A stretch of 64,000 bases of DNA. Source: Dipteris shenzhenensis (Eukaryota). This document shows, in pieces, positions 36,354-49,017 of the stretch. The notes under the pieces were generated by a model. It was not told the DNA's origin. It saw nothing but the letters and a program-made list of their open reading frames with translations, and made no database searches. How positions within the stretch are numbered: the first letter of the stretch is position 1; every line of letters begins with the position of its first letter. Both the position numbers and the translations under genes were made by a program. Location: NCBI GenBank assembly GCA_047967505.1, contig CM106538.1; one strand, written 5' to 3'.

Positions 36354-37084
36354 TGTAAGAAAATAATAAAATGTCTGTGCTCAACAGATAACAGGATCTC
36401 ATGTGTGAGAGAGAAAACAAGATAGTATGGAGAATAAAAAATTTGATTATTGTAGAACTGATACAATAGATGGCGCTGCCTCCTAACCGTGCACTCCTAT
36501 GAAAGAAGCTTTGATGGCATGCTGGAAACAGTAGAAGACGGAGGCTGGATGCTAAGGAATCAAGGTTGCTATAGCTAGTGATGAAATGGGCTTCACGAGC
36601 TTGCTCTTATATAGCCACCAGTCGTAGTCCATTAGGCTCAATTGGGTGGCTGACCTAGTCCGCCAAAAACGGTCGACTGGGGGTCTGACTCGAAATAGGC
36701 CATCGACCATATGATAGAACCGGTGTGAAAAAACAGAGCATCTAACCTACGGTCTCCGTTCAGCCCATAGCCATCTGAGATCATATGAGGCTCCAAACGA
36801 GCCCCGCAACCCGAGAGTGGGTTGCCTCGGGAAATGCTCCATCTACCCTCAGTGCAGTCAGTCAAGGGATGCCTTCCTACACTTGCATGTAGCCTAGTTG
36901 GCAGTGTGCCAACTCTATCTAAAGCCCTAGCCATCAGGCCACACATGGCCCCCATCTGGTATCTAAACCAAGAACTACTGGATAACCGAGCTACTCAAAT
37001 GCCTTCTCCTCATATGGGGGGCTTACAAGTAGAGTTAGCTGGTTCCCGCATAGTTACACGAGAGTGGAGCATTGAAATCTAACA
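36354..37084 (-). repeat. Copia A 3' LTR
   Basis: Direct repeat of 51309-52039. Confidence 0.95.
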
Positions 37085-37559
37085 CCCCCCCTCAATGTCC
37101 ACTTGCAAGTGAACTTACTTTTTTGGCCCAATGCTAAGTCGATGAAGATGCCTCTCCAGCAAGTCTCTTCCAAGAGCCTTTGTGAAGATGTCTGTAGCAT
37201 TCTCTGTAGTTAGACAGTACACTAAGTCGACCTCTCCATCCATGATCAGCTCACATACAAAGTGATATTGAATCTCAATGTGTTTTGTGCGAGCGTGGAA
37301 CACCGGGTTCTTTGCAATCACCATGCAACTCTGATTGTCACATGATAACTGCATAGGCTTGTTCTGCACTTCACCCACATCCCCCAAAATCCTCCTCAAC
37401 CACACTGCCTCACAAGAAGCAAAGCATGCAGATTTGTACTCGGCCTCGGTAGAAGAAAGAAAAACTGTGGGTTGTTTCTTGCTGACCCATGACAGAACTC
37501 CAGATCCAAGTGAGAAATAGTACCCTATCGCTGATCTCCTACTGTCCACGTCTCCTACC

Positions 37560-40500
37560 TGTTGAGATATCGAGCTCCACTCGCGATATGCCAGGGTGAC
37601 CGTTGTGTACTTATGTCACCGACTTGTTAGCTGGAGATGCGGTTGGTACACCGCCCATGAATAATAGCTGGATGACAGCTATCCTTATCTACTCTAGTTT
37701 GTGGCTCAGTTAGTATGCCACCTTAGTTAGTTGAGTTTGGTTTGAGACCCACATATAGGGTTCTTCTATTTTCTTTGTACTTGAGTTCTTTTGGTTTTCA
37801 CAACTAAGAAGAGGAAAACTGTTTTCAGCCTCCACCTTCATGTGTATTCCCCCATTGTGATTGTGAGAAAGCCTCAAGTGAGACTCCTTCCCTCTCTCCC
37901 ACTATCTTCACATGGTATCAGAGCCTTGTTCGTGGTAAGGAGCTCAAGAAAGCAAGCCAAGTTCGTGGTGTCCTGGTAAGAGGACCAGTGTTGCTTTCCT
38001 ATTTCGAGTTTGGGAGCAAATCTCTGCAGGTAGCACAACCAGAAGTGCAAGAGTGCACTGTCTCAGATTGAGACGCCCTTCGCGGTGTGGCGAGAGCGCA
38101 GTATATGCTGCGGATAAGGGCAAAGCCCTTAGTGACGTTATTTTTTTGATTCGAGGTCATTTCGAGGCCCGTTTTGGAGACAAAAGTTCTCCGCAGGCAC
38201 TCAGAAAAAGGCCCTGTTTTTGCTGTGCGACCACTGTTCTGCGGGTTGGTGAAAAGTTGCCACAGAAATTGCATCGTATGCCTTTGTGCAGAGATATTGG
38301 GAGTTGCAGATTCATGCTTGTTGCCTGTTGATGCAAAATCGTCACTAGGAAGTGACTGTGTGGTGAAATACCACTTTCGTCAGTTTTGCAGTTCTGCCCG
38401 TGTGACGCAAAAATTGTGTTTTTTTTGCAGTGACAGAATATTTTGTAGTGTTCTGTAATGGCATTTGATTCTCTTTCATAGATTGTCACTGAAAAGCTTG
38501 ACAAGAACAACTTCCAGGCATGGAAGTTTAGAATGACGAATTTCTTGATGGGAAAAGGCTATTGGGAGTTCATTATAAGAAATGAAGAAGAACCTGTTCT
38601 TCCTAATGTTCCCAGTCAACAAGAAATGCAGGCATTCAAAGGATGGCATGAGAGAGCCAGGAAAGTTATGTACTGGCTGTCTATCAGTATTTCGGACTCC
38701 ATGATTGTGCATATTCAGGATGCAAGTACGCCAAAGGAGGCATGGGATACTTTGGCAAAAATGTACAGCACAAATACGCAAGCCAGGAAAATGCAGCTCA
38801 AGCAAGAGCTGCACAATGTGTAGAGAGAAAACATGAGCATCAATGACTACCACATGAAGGTGAAGAAAATTGCGGATGCACTTGCTTCCATTGGGTCGCC
38901 AGTGGATGATGACGATTTGGTTTCTGTGACCTTGAATGGTCTAGGAAAGGATTATGCACAATTCCAAACATCCATTGCCGTCCGTGAAAAATTTCCAGAT
39001 TTTGAGGAGTTGATTGCTCTTCTAATTTCTGAAGAGCAGAGAAATGGGGGTGCATCTTCTTCAGCAGGAACTTCAAAAGAAACTGTCTTCTACTCAAATG
39101 CTAGCAGAGGTAGAGGCAGAGGTAGAGGAGGCCGATCTACAGGCCGTGGTAGAAATCAGAATATGCAGCAAACACAAGAAAACCAGTCCTATGTAGGAGG
39201 ATGTGGTAACTGTAGAGGCAGGGGGAGCCAAAGAGGCCGTGGTGGATGGCAGAGAGGCCAAAATGCAAACAGCAATGTTGAATGCTACTATTGTGGCAAA
39301 ATGGGTCATATGGCTAAGGACTGCTATAAAAAGCAGAATGACATTATGACTGGAAAATTGCAGCAAGGCAATTATGCATCTTCTAGTAGGCAGGGTGATG
39401 ACAAAAATGAGCATCTATTTATGGTGCAGCATATGACCAATTCTGTGACAAGTGCAGAAGAACGAAATGATGTGTGGTATGTTGACTCAGGTGCATCAAA
39501 CCACATGACAGGTCATGCAGAATGGATGCAAGATGCAAGGAAAATGGAAAAACTAGGATTTGTGGAGACTGGTGATGATACTGCACATCCTATTGTGCAG
39601 ATTGGCAAAATTCCTTTGTCTATGCAGGATGGGAAAAAGAAATACTTGTCTGATGTATTTCATGTCCCGAACATCACCAAGAACCTGGTTTCTGTTGGTC
39701 AGATGGTTGAGCAGGGCTTGCAGGTCAGATTTAATTCTCATGGATGCTTTGTTGAGGATATGAAAAGTAATGGTCGCTTGATAGCAAAAGGAAAGAAGAA
39801 GGGCAGGATGTTTATGTTAGATGCGGACATGCCTGAATTGAGTGCAGCAATGTTTGCACATGGGACCAGTGTAGTTGCAGATATTGATATCTGGCACAAA
39901 CGCATTGGTCATGTTAATATACAGCGACTTAAATCAATGCAAGCCCAAAATATTGTTGCAGGATTGCCTAAATTCAAGGTTGCAGAAATGCACAAGGTTT
40001 GTGAAGCCTGTCAATTTGGGAAACAGGCAAGGAAACCTTTTCGTAGGCATGTTCAAGAGAGTAAAAAGCCATTGGAATTAATCCACTCTGATGTGTGGAC
40101 TACTAAAGCTACATCTATTGGTGGCTGTCACTATTTTGTCACATTTATTGATGACTTCAGCAGAAAACTTTGGGTGTATTTTTTGAAAAAGAAAAGTGAA
40201 GTGTTTGGGCACTTCAAAGCTTTCAAAGCTATGGTTGAAAAAGAAACAGGCCTGCAAATAAAATGCCTAAGGTCAGATGGAGGGGGAGAGTACCTCTCAA
40301 ATGAGTTTGCAAGGTTCTTGCAGGAGCATGGTATAAAGCAGCAATATTCATGCAGTCATACCCCACAGCAAAATGGAATTGCAGAAAGGGAAAACAGGCA
40401 TATTGGAGAGGTATCTCGAGCTATGCTAAATGAAAAAGATCTACCAGATTATTATTGGGCTGAAGCAGTTGCTACAGCAGTTTATATAATGAACAGGACT

Positions 40501-42295
40501 CCCACTGCAGCAATACATGGCATGACGCCAGAGGAGATGTATACTGGTAGGAAACCAAATATTTCTCATTTGAAAATTTTTGGTTGCATTGCCTATGTCC
40601 ATGTGCCAGATGAGTTGAGGTCCAAGTTGGATCCAGAGGCTCAGAAGTGCGTCTTTATTGGTTATTCTCTGCAGCAGAAAGGGTATAGATGCTATAACCC
40701 TTCTACACGTAAGTTCACAGTGAGCAGAGATGTTTTTGATGAGATGAGCAGCTGGTATAAACCAGTAAATGTGATGATTGATGTAGATGCACAAAATTGT
40801 AATGCTGCACAAAATTCACAGCAGCAATCACAAAATATCAGTGGACCTACAGTGTCCTCTAGCAGTGGTTCACATACTTCACCATGGACAGGTAGATTGA
40901 GATCAGGAGAATCTCCTCAAAGCAATGCAGATAGTGGTACACAGGTATCACAGAAAGGAAAAGAGAAGGTAGATCACCCCATGTTTGATGTGAATGCAGG
41001 TCACTCTTATGTGGATGGTGAATCCAGTGGCTCAGAGCAGAGCATTGATGATGAGTTGGGTATTCCTTCTGTTGTTACACCTGGAGTAAGGAAGACTAGG
41101 GATGTTTTGAGAGCACCTGGAAGTGAGCCTATTTTGCGCAGGTCTACCAGGGTTAGGTATCCTGTGGATAGGCTGAAATATGATGGATTTACAGCCATTC
41201 ACTATGCCTATATGGTCAAAGTGATACAGGAACAAGAACCCACTTCTTTTGAGCAAGCCATGGGAAATGAAAAATGGGAGAAAGCCATAGATGAAGAAAT
41301 GGATGCCTTGGATGCTAATGCTACATGGGAATTGGTGCCTTTGCCTAAAGACAAGAATGCAATTGGCTGTAAGTGGGTTTATAAGATCAAGCACAATGCA
41401 GATGGTTCTGTGAATAGATACAAGGCAAGATTAGTTGTCAAGGGGTATGCATGTCAGACATATGGCATTGATTATGATGAAACTTTCAGCCCGGTTGCAA
41501 GGATGGCAACTGTAAGAGTAGCCATTGCTATGGCTGCATCAAAGGGATGGTCTTTACATCAGATGGATGTAAAGAATGCCTTCTTGCATGGTGATTTGCA
41601 AGAAGAGGTCTTTATGGAGCAGCTAGCAGGTTATGTTCATGCTACTCATCCTGAGTTTGTTTGCAGGTTGAAGAAAGCCTTGTATGGCTTGAAGCAAGCA
41701 CCTAGAGCATGGTCTGACAAGATAGGACAGTATCTTGCAGTCTTTCATGCTAGAACAAAGCACATTGAGGTGCATTATCACTATGTGTGGGAGAAGGTTT
41801 TACTAGGTCTTATTGATCTAGTTTATGTCAGCATAGAGGATCAGGTAGCTGACATATTCACAAAAGCATTGGGCACAGAGAAGCTGCGCAAGTTCAGAGA
41901 CCTGCTTGGTGTGCAGGAATTAGGATTGAGCTCGAGGGGGAGTGTTGAGATATCGAGCTCCACTCGCGATATGCCAGGGTGACCGCTGTGTACTTATGTC
42001 ACTGACTTGTTAGCTGGAGATGCGGTTGGTACACCGCCCACGAATAATAGCTGGATGACAGCTATCCTTATCTACTCTAGTTTGTGGCTTAGTTAGTATG
42101 CCACCTTAGTTAGTTGAGTTTGGTTTGAGACCCACATATAGGGTTCTTCTATTTTCTTTGTACTTGAGTTCTTTTGGTTTTCACAACTAAGAAGAGGAAA
42201 ACTGTTTTCAGTCTCCACCTTCGTGTGTATTCCCCCATTGTGATTGTGAGAAAGCCTCAAGTGAGACTCCTTCCCTCTCTCCCACTATCTTCACA
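37560..42295 (+). mobile_element. Copia B: young Ty1/Copia element, 353-bp LTRs, internal RT/RNase H deletion
   Basis: LTRs 37560-37912 and 41943-42295 (6 transitions counted); TSD CTACC; PBS TGGTATCAGAGC 37913-37924; PPT GAGGGGGAG 41934-41942; inserted into the Copia A RNase H ([13 protein letters not shown]). Confidence 0.97.
38458..41982 (+). pseudogene. Copia B gag-pol polyprotein (two premature TAG, in-frame RT deletion)
   Basis: ATG 38458; TAG at 38479 and 38821; CCHC knuckle CYYCGKMGHMAKDC; WYVDSGAS; HHCC and DDE integrase; RT stops at WSDKIGQYL and jumps to [10 protein letters not shown]. Confidence 0.92.
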
Positions 42296-43621
42296 CTACC
42301 CAATCCGAGTCACAGAATCCAGTCAAGATGTTGCCCTTGGTATAGATGATCCCATAATCAAGTGTGCCTTTGATGTATCTCAGCACCCACATCCCTACAC
42401 TCCAATGGTTCTCCCGGGGCTTATTGGAAAACCTGCTTAGTACACCAGTCGCAAAACTGATGTCTGACCGTGTGTTGCACAGGTAAATCAAGTTGCCCAC
42501 AAGCCTTCTGTACTTCCCTTCATCCACCAGTGGTGATGAATCCTCGTTTGAGAGCTTCATGTCAACCTCCATAGGGGTACCAACTATTTTGCACTCAGCC
42601 ATGCCAAATGCTTTCAGTATCTCTCCAACATACTTCAGCTGTGAAATAAAGATCTGTTTCGGCTCCTACCAAACTTCAATCCCCAAACAAAAATGCATCA
42701 GTCCAAGGTCTGTCATTTCAAACTCTCTTCCTAGCAAATGCTTCGTTTTCGAGATCTTCTCTTCATGGTTCCCTGTTATGACAAGGTTGTCCACATAAAG
42801 GACCACGATCATACACCTGCCTCCTTCTCTGGAGATATACAAATTTGCATCAGATGGGCTCCTCCTGAACCCGTTTTGCAGAAAGTAGGCATCGATTCAC
42901 TGGTACCATGCTCGTGGGGCCTGTTTTAGCCTGTAAAGTGCCTTCTTCAGTTTGTAGACTTTACCTTCTGAACCAGGGATCTCAAAACCTGGTGGTTGTT
43001 CCACGTATACCTCCTCCTTAATATCTCCATTCAGAAAGGCAGATTTCACATCCATCTAAAACACAAGCCAACTTCCCTGGGCAGCTAAAGCCAAAACACT
43101 GCGAATTGTGGTTAGTCGAGCTATGGGAGCAAAAGTATCTTGATAATCAAAACCATGTACTTGTGCAAATCCTTCTGTCATGAGTCGAGCCTTGTACTTA
43201 TCCAATGTGCCGTCGGACTTGTACTTGGTCTTGTACACCCACTTGGTTCTGATCACCTTTTGCGTTTTGGTAGTCGATCCACAAGGTCCCAAGTGTTGTT
43301 CTTCATTATGGAGCCATATTCCAACTGCATAGCTTCTATCCACCTATCATTGCCCTGTGCCTCTTCAAGACACTTGGGTTCATCGGCACGGATCACTTCT
43401 GTCATCAAAGCATAGTTAACCAAGTCTTCCTATGCCCTTCTTTACTCCTCTAATCTCTTGGACCAGCGGTGTTCAGATGGTTCCTCCTCAATGGCTGGAT
43501 GTTCTTTGCTGTCCAAAGTTTGCTTTATCCACTTTGGGAATGGCCGTTGCCGTTGTGGTTCTATAGGCTCTTCTTCATCTTCTTTGTCTTGAATCATCCC
43601 AAGCACCATTGGGGGAGTTCG

Positions 43622-46600
43622 TGTAAAGAACAAGGGAGAGAGATAGGAGACTCAAGTTCAGCTTTCTTCACAACACACAAAAGAGAGAGGACACAAGGTT
43701 GGAGGGTGAAGCCTTTCTTCACTTTTGCACACAACAACAATACAATAGAAGAGGGAAATACCCTATATGTCAAAACCTAGAATACGTGGTTCATATGTGA
43801 ACCCAAACCAAAAAGATACGTGGTAGTCTAACTACACCACGAGTACAACTAACATAGGCGGTGACATAAATGATAGTCATCCAGGAGATATATCGGGGGT
43901 AGAGCTTGATATCTCAACACTCCCCCTCAAGCTCAAATCCATCTCACGTACACCAAGCAAGCTCCTAAATCTGTGAAGCTTCTCGGTACCCAATGCCTTC
44001 ATAAAAATATCAGCCACTTGCTCCTCAGTGCTGACATAGACAAGATCAATCTCACCAGCTAGAACCTTCTCTCTCACAAAGTGATAATGCACCTCAATGT
44101 GCTTCGTTCTAGCATGATAAACTGGGTTATTAGCAAGCATGATGCTGCTAATGTTGTCACAATGAATGACAACTGCTGCATGAATTGACTGTCCCATATC
44201 TGCAAGTAGCTTCCGTAACCAAGCTACCTCACATGCAGCCATTGCTGCACCCCTGTACTCAGCCTCTGTGCTCGACAAGGCAACTGTTGGCTGCTTCTTG
44301 CTGCTCCAACTGATGGCACCACTCCCAAGGGAAAACATAAAGCCACTAGTAGATCTCCTGTCTGAGACACTACCAGCCCAATCAGCATCTGTGTATCCAT
44401 GTACCTGTAATGCACACCCAGCTTCATAAAACAGTCCATAATGCAATGTGGACTTCACATACCGCAGTATGCGCCTAGCCGCATCCAAATGTGGCTTCCT
44501 CGGTGCCTACATAAACTGACTTACCAGCCCCACAGCATAGCTCAAATCTGGTCTGGTTATAGTCATGTAAATCAAGCTACCTACTATGCGCCTGTACATA
44601 GTAATATCTTCAAGAAGCTCACCTGTCTCTGCATTGAGCTTCACATTCTACTCCAATGGAACAGAAATAGGCTTACAGCCTGTCATCCCATATTTGGACA
44701 GCATGTCCAAACCGTATTGCCTTTGCAACAGCCATATCCCACTCGGGGATCTAATAACCTCAATGCCCAAGAAGTAACGCAGCTCTCCCAAATCCTTCAT
44801 CTCAAATTTCTGCTTCAACAGCAGCTTCACTTCATTAATGTCTGCATCACTATCACCTGTAATAATCAAGTCATCAACATAGATGACTATAAGCACAATC
44901 CCTCTGTTTGTCCTTTTCACATAAAGTGAAAAATCTGAATTGGAAATCTGAAATCCAATAGTGACAAGATATTGCCCTATCTTGTCTGACCATGCCCTCG
45001 GCGCCTGTTTTAAGCCATACAAGGCTTTGCGCAACCTGCATACAAAATCGGGGTGTAAATTATCCTCATAACCTTTTGGCTGCATCATATAAACCTCTTC
45101 CTGCAAATCACCATGCAAGAAGGCATTTTTCACATCCATCTGATGCAAAGACCATCCCTTTGCAGCAGCCATAGCAATTACTGCTCTCACGGTTGCCATC
45201 CTTGCAACTGGGCTGAAAGTTTCCTCATAGTCAATTCCATATGTCTGCGCAAAACCTTTGGCAACCAATCTTGCCTTGTACCTGCTAACAGACCCATCAG
45301 CATTGTGCTTTACTTTGTAAACCCACTTGCAGCCAATAGCCTTCTTATCATGAGGCAAAGGCATCAAATCCCAAGTGTGGTTTGCATCCAAGGCAGCCAT
45401 CTCTTCATCCATAGCTGCTTCCCAATTTTTATGCCCTGCTGCATCCTCAAAACATGTGGGCTCTGGCTCTTCTAGAACCTTGACCATATAAGCATAGTGA
45501 TGTGCTGTATACCCATCATATCTCAGCCTGTCAACTGGATACTTAATACGAGTGGACCTCCGTACAACTGGATCAGTTGTAGGAGTCTTTAAATCATGCC
45601 TGCTTTTCCTTGCACCAGGTGTAACAACAGAAGGAATCCCAAGTTCCTCATCAAGGCTCATTTCAGAGCCGCTTGACTCTCCATCAACATGAGAGCTACC
45701 AGTAGACACATCAAACACTGGAGCATGGTCTACTTTTTCTTTTCCCTTATGTGACACCTGCACAACACTATCAGGGCTGCCATGTGACGATTCACTAGAT
45801 CTCAATCTCCCTGTCCATGCATTAGATCCACTAGTAGAGGACTCTCTGGGTCCACTCAAGGCTTGAGATTGCTGCTCTGCATTTATTGTAGCATTCCCAT
45901 TTCCTGCATCTGCATCTCCTACCATAATAGTTGGTGCATACCAGCTACTCATTTCATAAAAAACAACATCTCTGCTCACTTGCATTTTGCGGGTGGAAGG
46001 GTTATAACAGCGATACCCTTTCTGGTGCAGAGCATATCCAATAAAGATGCATTTTTCTGCCTTTGGATCCAGCTTTGTTCTCTTCTCATCAGGAACATGA
46101 ACATAAGCTATGCAACCAAATACCTTCAAGTGAGAAATATCTGGTTTTTGGCCTGTATACATTTCTTCAGGCGTCATGCCATGGACAGCTGCAGTGGGGG
46201 TTCTGTTCATAATATAAACAGCAGTTGCTACTGCTTCAGCCCAAAAATAATCAGGCATGTTTTTCTCATTTAGGATCGCCCGTCCTACTTCTGCAATATG
46301 CCTGTTCTTCCTTTCTGCAACCCCATTCTGCTGAGGGGTAGACCTGCCTGAGTACTTCCTTTGAATTCCTTGTTCTTTTAGATATTCACAAAATTCTTCT
46401 GAAAAGTACTCTCCCCCTCCATCAGATCTTAGCACTTTAATATGCACACCTTTCTCTTTTTCAACCATGGCCTTAAAAGCCTTGAAATGGCTGAACACTT
46501 CACTTTTGTGCTTCATAAAATAAATCCACACCTTCCTAGTGTAGTCATCAATAAACGTCACATAATAATGGCATCCACCAATAGAAGCAGCTTTGGTTGT

Positions 46601-49017
46601 CCAAACATCTGAATGGATCACTTCCAAAGGTCTTCTGCTCACCTTAGCATTTTTGGGAAATGCATGTCTGGCCTGCTTACCCATTTGGCATGCTTCACAT
46701 ACCTTTTGCATTCCCTCAACTCTGAATTTAGGCAAACCTGCAACAATGTTTTTCGTTTGCATAGATTTCAGCCTTTGTATATTCACATGCCCAATGCGCT
46801 TGTGCCATATCTCAATATCTGCAATGACACCTCTCCCATGCGCAAACATAGCAGCTTTCACCTTAGGCATATCAACATCCAAGGTGAACATTCTGCCATT
46901 TTTGTTGCCTTTCGCAACCAAGCGGCACTTATTTTTCAAGTCCTCAACAAAGCATCCATCAGGATTAAATCTAACCTGCAGACCTTGCTCAACCATCTGG
47001 CCAACTGAAACCAGGTTCTTAGTGATTTTTGGAACATGAAGTACATCTGCCAAGTACTTCGTTTTGCCATCTTGCATAGCCAATGGCACTTTACCAACCT
47101 GCGTAATTGGGTGCGCAGTATCATCACCTGTTTCAACATAACCTGGCTTATCCAAATTTCTAACATCATGAAACCACTCACCATGACTGGTCATGTGGTT
47201 AGAGGCACCTGAATCAACATACCAAACATCATTGCAAGCTGCAGCATCTCCTGACATGGAGTTAACCATATGCTGCATCACAAAAAGGTGCTCATTTCTG
47301 TCGTCACCATGCCCACTTGATGATGCATAGTTGCTTTGCTGCAACTTCCCACTTTTGATGTCATTCTGCTTTTTATAGGATGTATTCTCCTTGTGTCCAG
47401 GCTTTCCACAATAATAGCATTCTGTGCTGCTATTTACTTGCTGGTTCCTTTGCCATGAACCACGGCCTCTTTGGCTCCCCCTGCCTCTAGAACTACCACG
47501 TCCTCCTCCATAGGACTGGTTTTCCTGTTGTTGCTGTTGGTTCTAATTTCCTGCACGGCCCCGCTCTTCACTCAGCAAGAGAGCAATAAGTTCCTGAAAA
47601 TCAGGAAATGTTTCACGGACTCCAATGGATGTCCGAAACTGTGCATAATCTTTCCCAAGACCATTCAAGGTCACGGACACTAAGTCCTCATCATCAACAG
47701 GTGCTCCAATGGAGGCAAGAGAATCTGCAAGGCCTTTCACTTTCAAGGAATACTCATTTATATTCAGATTTTTCCTTTGCACATTGTGCAACTCCTGCTT
47801 TAGCTGCATCTTTCGTGCTTTGGTATTTGTGCTATACAGCTTCACCAATGTATCCCATGCCTCCTTAGGCGTCTCTACATCCTGTATATGCACAATCATA
47901 GAATCTGAAATGCTAACAGACAGCCAATACAGGCATTTTCTGGCTTTTTCATGCCATTCTTTAAAGGCCTTCAATTCAGCAGGAGTGGGAGCAGCACCCA
48001 AAACTGGTTCTGCAGTTTCACCACTGATGTACTCCCAAACTCCCTTTCCCATAAGGAAGTTTGTCATCCTGAACTTCCATGCTTGGAAGTTGTTCTTGTC
48101 AAGCTTCTCACTGACAATGGTAGACAGATTCTCAGACATTTTACAAATCACGAATTGCAACAGCAACCTGTAAACACAGCAAATGCCTCACAAGGGCAAA
48201 TAGCAAAACTTCTGCAAAAAGCCTCACAGGGGCAGATCTGCAACACTGACGAAAGTGGTATTTCACCACACAGTCACTTCCTAGTGACGATTTTGCATCA
48301 ACAGGCAACAGGCATGAATCTGCAACTCCCAATATCTCTGCACTCATGCGTACGATGCAATTTCTGTGGCACCTTTTCACCGACTAGCCGCGCGCAGTGG
48401 TCGCACAGCGAAAAACAGGGCCTTTTTTTGAGTACCTGCGAAGAACTTCCGCCTTCAAAACGGGCCCCGAAACGGCCTCAAATCAAAAAAATAAAGTCAC
48501 CGAGGTCTTCGCCCTCACCCGCAGCATATACTGTGCTCTCGCCACACCGCGAAGGGCCTCTCAATCTGAAGCAGTGCACTCCTGCACTTCTGGCTGTGCT
48601 ACCTGCAGAGATTTGCTCCCAAACTCGAAATAGGAAAGCAACACTGGTCCTCTTACCAGGACACCACAAGCTTGGCTTGCTTTCTTGAGCTCCTTACCAC
48701 GAACAAGGCTCTGATACCATGTAAAGAACAAGGGAGAGAGATAGGAGACTCAAGTTCAGCTTTCTTCACAACACACAAAAGAGAGAGGACACAAGGTTGG
48801 AGGGTGAAGCCTTTCTTCACTTTTGCACACAACAACAATACAATAGAAGAGGGAAATACCCTATATGTCAAAACCTAGAATACGTGGTTCATATGTGAAC
48901 CCAAATCAAAAACATACGTGGTAGTCTAACTACACCACGAGTACAACTAACATAGGCGGTGACATAAATGATAGTCATCCAGGAGATATATCGGGGGTAG
49001 AGCTTGATATCTCAACA
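43622..49017 (-). mobile_element. Copia C: very young Ty1/Copia element, 298-bp LTRs
   Basis: LTRs 43622-43919 and 48720-49017 (2 differences counted); TSD GTTCG/ATTCG; PBS on - at 48708-48719; PPT on - at 43920-43930. Confidence 0.97.
43877..48139 (-). pseudogene. Copia C gag-pol polyprotein (gag deletion/frameshift near 47560, TAG at 44648)
   Basis: MSENLSTIVSEKLDK.., WYVDSGAS, integrase, RT YVDD, RNase H DADWAG..EAEY..CDN; clear paralog of Copia B. Confidence 0.92.

Noticed and set aside
35865-36466. Phe/Ser/Leu-rich and Lys/Arg/Glu-rich ORFs
   Set aside because: Translations of the polypyrimidine tract.
48240-48310. Hammerhead ribozyme (CTGACGA followed by stems)
   Set aside because: No correctly placed GAAA core or closing stems.
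47951-48688. 245-aa antisense ORF over the Copia C leader
   Set aside because: The homologous region of Copia B is broken into shorter ORFs; conservation is better explained at the nucleotide/RNA level.
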